From Bispira polyomma (taxonomy: Eukaryota), in assembly GCA_965649765.1 (NCBI GenBank), contig OZ287752.1, positions 22,134,001 to 22,198,000 of the forward strand: DNA of 64,000 nucleotides, written 5' to 3'. The translations under genes and the position numbers were made by a program. The notes beneath the pieces are model-generated. The model did not search any database. It saw nothing but the letters and a program-made list of their open reading frames with translations, and was not told the origin of the DNA. Shown here in pieces: positions 55,301 through 64,000 of this stretch; position 1 is the stretch's first letter, and each line of letters starts with the position of its first letter.

Positions 55301-58300
55301 TCAATTTTTAGTTTGAAATATTATGTAAAATTGACATTAAAAACTTTAAAAATTCCTGTAACTACTGTTGTTATCTAATACATTTTCACGGTCGCTGTGT
55401 AAAAAAAAACTAATTGATACACACCAGTCCATATACCATCGTAGTGGAGTGGGATACGTAGGGTGTAATTAATTTCCAAAAATACATTCCAATCTAATGT
55501 AAAGAAACCTATCATTATATTTGGTAACGGATTGTCTCCTTTTGGTCTGCTGCCACGATTATTTCAAATTGTTTCTCAAGGGCGTCTTCACTTGTCTGTA
55601 TAAGTAGCAAAAAAGTAGCAGTTAGAGGCAGTAAGTAGTAATTTCATCTCTACTCGTCTGTATTCGTTGTGGAACGTTTCACTTAGTAGCAAAATGCATC
55701 AGAACACAGCAGTAAGATCAAGTACAGTAGCTCTACTTAGTAGTGGGTAGTGCTATCCTACCAGTAAAGTGTTTTTCGCCTCCGCTCCATGTGTATAAGT
55801 ACCAACATCATCACAAAACGTCATGAAACGTCACAATCGACGGCACCTTTTTGAAAGTTACGTCACTAGGTGTGACTAGGCCATAAACTCATGAGTTAAA
55901 AGTGACATTTTAATACAAAACCATAGAAAAATGCAAATTTGGGAGAGTTTAAAGCTGTTTCTAACAACCTGGATTTTTAGTGGTAATATGTCCTTTTGTG
56001 GTTTGTGTAATGGAAACTCAACAGCTGAGCATTCTGAGCCATTATATTTAACACTTGTCTGTGCTTGGGAATCCTGTCTGTTGGTTCATGTGTGAAAGTT
56101 TTTCGAGGTACCTGCCGTCGGTCGGTCGGTCGGTCGGTGGTTTATAGTGCTTCAGAACTAGTTTTCTCGACCATTAAATCTGGCCTTCGTGATATGAGCT
56201 TCTTGTGCCTAGGTCACACATACAAGAGGGGGCTGCGAGTAGGACCGGGAATCTTTGAGAATTACGGAGAATTTAGATTTTCCGTCATTCTCTGTGAAAA
56301 GTGTAGAAGATGTGAAGCACTTCATGTCAGTCAGAGCAGCTACACCTTAAAAATCACATAACCCCTTCACCCCCCCACCCCCCCACCCCCCCACCCTTAA
56401 CTTGTGCTCTCCCATTTATTGCTCTGTGGCACAAAATGGGAGTATAAAACCTCATGTTTCAGGGCCATCTGTGTCATTAAGGTGTTACTTGGGAAAGAGC
56501 TGTTTCTTGGGAATCTGTCATTTATGCTTATAATGGCTTGCTAGCCTAATTGTGATTGGACGTATACTAATTATATCCACGCATCGCGTGTTTCTTTCTT
56601 TTCAATAGCTTGTGAATTTTGAAATCAAAATTTCTCAAATACGTACCTCTCACTTGCAAGCATGAGTTGCAGAACCCTCTCTTATGTTTTGACAGATTCA
56701 TAGACAATTATTAAGACAGTTGTAGAAATGAATAATGGCAATAAAAACAGGATACTGCAAAAGATGCAATGTGGTGCATTCACGACTTGTAGGGAGACCT
56801 GTAGGGAGACAATGTAAATTAGATATCACTGTTGCCAGTACACCAGCCACCAGGGGCCGACGTCAAGTACAGCCAGCTGCATGGAAAGTGACCAGTACAG
56901 CGCTGGAGCAGAGTAGCAGTATAGACACCCCAGCCGGGGAGCTGGTGCCTGTGGGAGATAAATTTAACATTATTCTGGACAAACTGCAATAGCTGGAGAA
57001 TGATATTAGTGATGTTAAAAAAGAGCAGGGGACTCTAAAATGAACTAAAACGTTAGCACAGGATATGTCCTAGCATAGTTCTCCAGCATGGCAAGGTTAT
57101 AGGAGCTCAAAGTGATGAACTATACGCGTCTCAGTCTGAGACACGACATGGCAGAAAATGTGACCTAGCCTTTAAGTATGTGACAAACTATGACGACTTG
57201 GACACAGACGCTGTTATTCTACCCAGTCAGAGATATCTGAAGTCAAATGAGGTGATCCAGGCACAAGTGGATAGACACCGGCAGAGGAACAGATCTCAGT
57301 ACTACACATCACCGGATAGCAGTAAGAAACTTAAGTCAGGCCTTCAACAAACCAATGAACATTCAGTAAAGCAGATAATCAATTGGCCCCATGAGCTTTT
57401 GCTTCAATGCAACAGCTAAAAAGCAACCATCGTATCAAGATCTCACCCCATTAATGTTTTTTCAAGGGTATCTGGGTTGTGTGTTTGAAAAAAAGGATGC
57501 AAAAGTGTGGGATAATATGTTGCAATATGGAATGCAAATGAAGAGAGACGGTTTAGAATCCTCGTGGTTTACAGTTAAAAGTGTGCATTGTCAGATCTTG
57601 CTTGAAATTGAAAAGGGAAAAGCTAGTTGGAACAACCTTACTGAAATACACAACCTCAGGGCCCGATTGACGCAACATACTCTTAAAGACACTTCTAGTA
57701 ATGATTCAGTACAGGGTAGCAATAGCGCCCAAAAACTAAAGCCAAAAAATTCTGTGCTGATGTGTAGTGCCTACAACAAAGGCACATGTAGCCAGTCAGA
57801 TGACCATGTCTTTGGTTCCATGATATTAAAGCACACCTGCTCAAAGTGATTCAGTCAAAATAAGAAAATCCAATTACACAGGGAGAGAGATTGTGGCAAA
57901 ACTAGTGGTCAAACACGAGAGCTTAGTAGAAGTGCTCAAAACTGACAGCCAGTAAAAACTGGTTTTGGAACAGTGCCTTTGGCAGTGGTTCAAAAAATTG
58001 TAAAATTGGGGACTTTGGGGTAGAAAGTAATTATGCACATGAGAGCAGAAACTGTGAAAATCATACTATTGTGAGCACCCGGCTCTATGACCGAGTTGGA
58101 CATAAGAAGGGTGAAAATTGTGTTTTGAATGTAAATACAAATGTAAAAGTGGTCTCAAAGTATAATTACTTGTTGAAAAACCACAACAAACAGAAGCAAG
58201 TGGTAAACAAGTTGACAGTAGTAGTAGAAGACACAAACAATTCAGTAAGTGTCCTAACAAGGACAAGTTAGTGAGTCGTGTCAAAGACAGAAGTGTGGCA

Positions 58301-61300
58301 GTCATTTTCCACCATCAGGGGCATGAGGCGTGAGGTTGACGGATATAACAAACAAAGTGAATAATGTAATCAGAGTTGCCCCCCCCCCCCTCAAAGTCAG
58401 TCAGTCAATTGTCAGGGCAAATCCCTAATCGCCTCCCTTGAGGAGGCTTATATCACAAAGTGACACCATTGTAAAAACCAATCCTCCCCCCTGTGATCGC
58501 AGTGGAGTGTCAGGCAATTAAGGTAATTGAAAATGATTGCTTAGACCGGATGGGTGCCAAGTCAAGTGATAACTTCGGATTTCAGTGTATATTTAAGGAG
58601 GTGGGCAGTATACCCACTTATAGGAATGCTATTGATTTCGACACATTAGAACAATGGGTGCTTAAAGCACATAAAGTGGTGGGGGATTAGGGTGGTCCTA
58701 ATTACTTGGGTGCACGTGCCCTTGTTTCTTTCTGAGCTCAACATAGCTGCTTGGCGTCAAGTATTAATGGGGGATGAAGACAAGTTACTTCCGGAGTACT
58801 TAGAATTTAGATTCCCTTTGGATATGAAACAAGAAAATTTCAAATTTAATGGTGATGTCAAAAATCATGACAGTGCAGTAAAGTTCCCATACAGTGATGA
58901 CCAGTACTTCGTTACTGAAAGGTTACATAAGGCTATAGCGGGTCCGTTTCACAAAAAAACCCAATGGGTCGTTACAGTGCTCCCCTGTTATGAATAGGCC
59001 CAAGGATGACAATTCTAGAAGACTTATAGTAGACCTATCATGGCCACATGACGCTATGTCAGTTAACAGTATGGTCACGGATGGCATATATGATGGCCAA
59101 AATTCTATCTTGACTTTGCCCACCATCGACTTGTTGGTTGATCGAATAAATGAAATTGTCCCTACAGCAAAGCTATACAAGCTGGATCTAATGCTTCTTC
59201 AACTGTAGCTAAGTCCTACACTAAAATATCTCGTATGGCGTTTGGGCATTGTAATATGTACATAGTTTTAGTATATTTTGTAACCTAGTATCTTTCTTAT
59301 AGTTAAAAATATAACTTGACCTTTACCTTAAAAGGTTACACATTAAAGTAACCTAAAATAAACTTGTAAGCTAACCTTAAAGTCAAGGTAATGTGTAAGG
59401 TCACCTTAACAAGTGGCTATTTGTAAATATTATCAGATATACAATTTAGGGTGACCTTAAGTCATCTTATTAAAACTACCTTTAAGGTGACCTTAAGTCA
59501 TCATTCTTTATTAAAGTTAAAAGTAAATGGTTTAAAGTCATCCTCGTAAAGTAACTTTAAGGTGACCCTAAGTCACCCCCTCCTTTTCCTTAGATAAAGG
59601 TTAACTTTAAAATGTTTTAGATATATGGTGACCTTAGATTTGCAAGGTCACAGTTGTTATGTAATTTTATATGTTAAGTGTACTAACCATGTTAATAGTA
59701 GATGTATATATCGATACATTTCATTTATTAGCCTATATCACTTTGCACAATACTCAGGGGGGGGGGGGGGGGGGGGGGACACGTTGACTGGGGTGGGAAA
59801 CAGTATTTTTAGTGACTAGCTACCAATACATTATGATACTTGCAAAGTAAATGTTAAGTATTCATGAGGATTGAATAATACACTACGATGCACAGGGAAT
59901 TTGTTATTGAGATATTAAGCGGATGGAGAATAAGGAAGAATTTCAGGTTTGCCGACATTCGCTATCAAAATTGTGTATTTGTGACCTAGGCATAAGCTGT
60001 TTTAAAGCAGTGTTAAATCCAAGTACATGCAAATTTTAGGGATGCGACGGTACTGCCAGTATAGTATCCCAGTATTGAGACAAAAGTAATTGTGGTCCGA
60101 AATTAAATATTGCTACCGGTGTTTCGATACAATGTACATAAAATGGCAAGAAAACCTCAAATTATATAAACAGAAACCATATATTCAGAAAATATAACCT
60201 GTCATGCTACAATATGCAGGTTTTTAACTTTTATTTGCGATTTCATTGAGTGATAATGTGTTTGTTTTATTTTGGGAAACTCCACTTCCTGTAACATTTG
60301 TTTGGGGAGATACTAAAAACAATACATTTTCGGCATCCCTGAATCAGAACGGTTTTGCATCGGTGACATACCGACATACAAAAACTTGTACCGTCCCAGC
60401 CCTAGTGAATTAAAATTTTAACTTTTGTTTTTTTTGTCTGCATTCACAGACATCCCTGCAGACCATCATTGGTCAGAATCTAGACACGTGTACTCCCCCG
60501 AGTGAGGGTGTTGACTTCACCAACTACACATTGTCCAGATACAAGGCCATTGTCAAGTGGAAGACCGCCTACTACTCGTTTTACCTGCCTGTGGCTCTGG
60601 CCATGTACATGGTATGTATAATGGTGGTCTGTGTGGCTCTATGTACATGGTATGTATAATGGTGGTCTGTGTGGCTCTATGTACATGGTATGTATAATGG
60701 TGGTCTGTGTGGCTCTGGCCATGTACATGGTATGTATAATGGTGGTCTGTGTGGCTCTGGCCATGAATATGGTATGTATAATGGTGGTCTATGTGTCTCT
60801 GGCTATGTACATGGTATGTATTGTATATATAGGGCTGCAAGTAAGCCACAAAATGGGCCTAGAATACCCACTAGTAGGCGACTCTTGATTCAGGGCTGAA
60901 TACTCGGTGAGATCTATTTGACCCTAACCCTAACCAAAACGAGGCTGCTGTTTGAATGCTACCAAGGCTACCTGACAACTGTAAGAAAGAAAGAGTCTGC
61001 TAAAGACTAAAGAAAGGGGTGGTTATTTGAGAAAATATTTAGTTTTGGTGTCTAATTTTTTATAATTTTATGTACAGTTTATTGTATTGTATGTGTGTCA
61101 GAAGCAAGTAATCGGGTTCCCGTTTGTGACTCGGGCCAAAAGTTGAACCGCTCTTGTCATGTACATGGTATGGTCTGGTATGCTTAGTTTATTTGCCACA
61201 GTAGAGACTGTTGATTTATTTTGAAGCATTTAAATTAGGACTGACGCGAGTACCATAAAGTAAACTTAATTACTCACCGGCCATTACTCTAATCACTGCT

Positions 61301-63193
61301 CTATACTCGTTTAAACCAAAAGATTTTTTTGGGTATCTGATTAAATATGTGTGTTATATTTTCAGGCAGGTATCAGTGACCAAGAAGTCCATGAAAACGC
61401 AAAGGTCATTCTGCTCAAAATGGGCGAGTTTTTTCAGATACAGGTAATTAGCATTGAAGGAACATTAATGTATAACATTTATCACACATATAACCTGTAT
61501 TGTCCGAATGTGTTCTGAAGAGTAAGCGTTTGTTTGGATAATTAGAAGATCATTGTCTTAGAAAGCATGGGACAAATTGCCGCAAATTACACATCCACAT
61601 TCTAACAATGATTTTCAGTCGGCCTTGGAAAGCATTAAAACGATACCGGTTTATAAATATGTGTGTGCGTTACACACTAACACTGCCTTGAACGGATCAA
61701 TTGCAATCAGCTTTTGTAACACAAATAAATGCTGATATGTACTTGCATTGAAAATGGTATTTGTTGTTTCTGATGTTTTGTGTTATGAAGTTGAACCCAG
61801 TGACAGCATACTTTGGTAAAATCCTTGATTATCGCTACCGATTGTTGATTTTTATATGGAATGTTAAAAAAATTGGGGAGGACATCAGATTGGTTTGGCT
61901 AATCTGGATTTTTGGATAAACAGGGTTCGGATAACTATTTGACTGATGAATTTGTATTTTCTGGAAGCGTGAACGTTAATAACTGTCAATAATCAACCTA
62001 AAACATCCTACCTCCTTCCTTTATGTGGTTTCTATTTAGTCGGCCAATCGGAATCCACTTTCTGGGGGAATTTCAATACGGTTTTATAAGTGGGGAATTT
62101 GCGTCGCTCATTACATTCTGTTATTATCCTAATTTTAAAGGTATTGAAATCCAATACAGTGGCAGTCACCGTCACCAATTACCTTAAAATTAAGTAAAAG
62201 ATATGACAATAAACGGTAACTGATTGTTAAATTACGACCGTGTAGTGGCTAAAATGCTCACTTTTTTTTAGTTTTCTGGGTACGCTGTGTTTCTTGCCCA
62301 GTATATAACCACCATTTCATAAACTTTCTCAAGGATGACTATCTCGATTGCTATGGTGACCCGGCAGTGACAGGGAAGATTGGGACAGACATTGAAGACA
62401 ACAAGTGTAGCTGGCTGATTGTACAGGCTCTGGAGAGGGCCACAGACGAACAGCGACAGAGACTGCAGGTTAGTACACGTGTACTTGTAGATGAGTGCAG
62501 GTGTACCAGTATATAAGTGCAGGGTGTACTGGTAGATGGGTTCAGAGTTGAAAACGATTTTATCGGTTGAGAAAACGGTGTATACAAAGCCGGAAGTTGA
62601 TGTTCCATTTTCTGGAATTACAAAGTGACGCTCTTCTGCAACCCCAAACCTATGAGTGGCCATTTATTATTTACTAATTATTTCCATTTTATATTTTAAT
62701 GTGAAGTAGTTCAGTGCATACCTTGAATAATTTTGGGAAGCAAATGGATTTTATCTGTCTTATTGACTTATTCGGGAACTACTGGGATTTCAAAATGGTG
62801 TAGTGTTCACCTTAGCAAAGGGTTAAAAACTACTTTCCCCAGACTTGTGCAAAACTATCAAACCTATTTTGAATATTTGATAATATTGGCTTGAAGATTC
62901 CAGTCATTATTTAGGATAGTAAACATTAACTATTTGGGTTTATGCCTTGGAATATTTGAAACAATAGTATGAATTTTGCTTGTGTATTTTAGGAAAACTA
63001 CGCCCAGTGGGATTCTACCAAGGTACAGCATGTGAAGTCCGTGTTCAATGAGCTGAGCTTACTACAGGTGTACAGAGAGTATGAAGAGAAGAGTTACAAG
63101 GATCTCAAGTCGCTGATAGACACGCACTGTGGGGACCTACCTAAAGACATGTTCTGGGCGTTTGCGCAGAAAATATACAAACGTCAAAAGTAA
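49328..63193 (+). CDS. FDPS: Farnesyl diphosphate synthase family gene (short-chain trans-isoprenyl diphosphate synthase), 9 coding exons, about 372 aa
   Basis: join(49328-49375, 51088-51240, 52361-52498, 53376-53456, 54781-54903, 60450-60611, 61366-61443, 62334-62468, 62993-63193). All introns are GT-AG and phase 0. Motifs [47 protein letters not shown] and C-terminal KIYKRQK are present. The first exon is tentative. Confidence 0.95.
51088..51240 (+). CDS. FDPS: FPPS exon
   Basis: [10 protein letters not shown]...[13 protein letters not shown]...DAMTWFKK, donor gtaaga. Confidence 0.85.
52361..52498 (+). CDS. FDPS: FPPS exon
   Basis: [15 protein letters not shown]...LGWCVEM. Confidence 0.95.
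53376..53456 (+). CDS. FDPS: FPPS exon with first aspartate-rich motif
   Basis: [27 protein letters not shown]. Confidence 0.95.
54050..54370. repeat. About 44-bp intronic minisatellite
   Basis: Repeated gtatttttatgttccgatgtaccattgtagtgtatatgtaat. Confidence 0.8.
54781..54903 (+). CDS. FDPS: FPPS exon
   Basis: [41 protein letters not shown]. Confidence 0.95.
56302..59791 (+). mobile_element. Internally deleted DIRS/Ngaro-like element in FPPS intron, same family as 1-5842
   Basis: Contains an A repeat at about 56302-56505, gag 56735-57940 ([18 protein letters not shown]), RT to about 59188 fused to the YR 3' end, and a B repeat 59244-59791. The 5' end may extend to about 56030. Confidence 0.85.
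60450..60611 (+). CDS. FDPS: FPPS exon
   Basis: [12 protein letters not shown]...[24 protein letters not shown]. Confidence 0.95.
60589..60820 (+). repeat. 38/42-bp tandem repeat spanning an FPPS exon/intron boundary
   Basis: Unit ggtatgtataatggtggtctgtgtggctct(ggcc)atgtacat, giving six ATG|GTATGT sites. Confidence 0.95.
61366..61443 (+). CDS. FDPS: FPPS exon
   Basis: [26 protein letters not shown]. Confidence 0.95.
62334..62468 (+). CDS. FDPS: FPPS exon with second aspartate-rich motif
   Basis: [28 protein letters not shown]...QRLQ, AAG acceptor. Confidence 0.95.
62993..63193 (+). CDS. FDPS: FPPS last coding exon
   Basis: ENYAQWD...YEEKSY...KIYKRQK-stop. Confidence 0.95.
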   Translation, partial: ENYAQWDSTKVQHVKSVFNELSLLQVYREYEEKSYKDLKSLIDTHCGDLPKDMFWAFAQKIYKRQK

Positions 63194-63575
63194 ATAATAG
63201 AAAGCACGGCTTCACCTTCTACAATCGAAGCCCTTTAAGTAGAACTCTGGTAAGTCCATTTCCCATAATGTTGGAAGTAAATCTGTGATCCCAATGTGAT
63301 ATTTTCTTGTAAAATCTACCCTCAGTCTCAAGTGGAAATCCTGCTCAAGTAGAAGTAATTATTCTAGTCCATTGATGTTCTACTTAAAGGGGTTTCACTA
63401 AGTGTTTATCCTCTTTATAAGTATACAGCAGAGCAATGTAAGTTCTGTTATTTACATGGTGGAAAGATTCCCCTCTCATAAGCCAAGCAAGTTAGTAGGG
63501 TTAATGTGGTAGTACTATTAGAGCTAAGCCTGTGTTTTATGTTTTTAAAGATTTCATTAGTAATTAACTTACATT

Positions 63576-63581
63576 AATAAA
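63576..63581 (+). terminator. Candidate FPPS polyadenylation signal
   Basis: AATAAA about 380 nt after the stop codon. Confidence 0.35.
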
Positions 63582-63960
63582 GTGTTTAGTTCCCTGTGGT
63601 AGAACCATTGGTTGAGACCTAGACAAATTTAATCACAAACATGTAGTGCCACTTTCTATCTCTAACACCAAACTAAATCCCAAATTTACATTTTACCTGT
63701 TGTTTTTATATCAAAACACCTCTTTCTCATTTCCTGGAAACTTTTAATATCCGAACAAAAAAATCTTTCTCTGCTATCACGTTCAGATAACAGAGGTTCT
63801 ACTGTCTGTAGGTGTGTTGTCTATATTGGGAGTTTTTTTAAATGTCTGTGTATATGATTAAAGTATTTGTATGGGAAAGTAGGAAAGTAGTTTGCATTGG
63901 AATGTATGGGAAAAATATCTTTTGTCCTTGTTATTACATTTATGTTAACTAACAAACTTA

Positions 63961-63962
63961 TG

Positions 63963-64000
<38 letters not shown>
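63961..64000. repeat. (TA)n microsatellite
   Basis: Directly visible; similar runs occur at 6832-6853 and 40269-40288. Confidence 0.95.

Noticed and set aside
60553-60899. His-rich and other repetitive ORFs; CRISPR-like appearance
   Set aside because: These are translations of the 38/42-bp tandem repeat. There are no unique spacers or cas genes, and the context is eukaryotic.
60921-60936. Telomere-like ccctaaccctaacc
   Set aside because: Only about two units, too short to call an interstitial telomere.
62268-62663. Minus-strand ORFs of 131 and 85 aa
   Set aside because: They are antisense shadows of the FPPS exon 62334-62468.

Overview
AT-rich, intron-containing animal (most likely invertebrate) genomic DNA. 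Two host genes can be reconstructed on the + strand. The first is a putative GPI-anchored immunoglobulin-superfamily gene (about 5971-13852) with degenerate duplicate exons. The second is a complete multi-exon farnesyl-diphosphate-synthase-family gene (FDPS/FPPS, about 49328-63193, about 372 aa). Its chain-length-determining motif is unusual ([13 protein letters not shown] rather than LQAFFLVADDIMD), one of its splice donors is amplified six-fold by a tandem repeat, and it has an upstream SRE/CCAAT/E-box cluster. The rest is mostly decayed, often nested transposons. These include several DIRS/Ngaro-like tyrosine-recombinase retroelements (one inside an FPPS intron), PIF/Harbinger relics and a MITE, a piggyBac-like element, a 3-kb GG-ended element with a 9-bp TSD, an RTE-X-like LINE 3' end, L2/CR1-like scraps and minisatellites. 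All calls come from manual reading; no database search was run, and many transposon boundaries are approximate.
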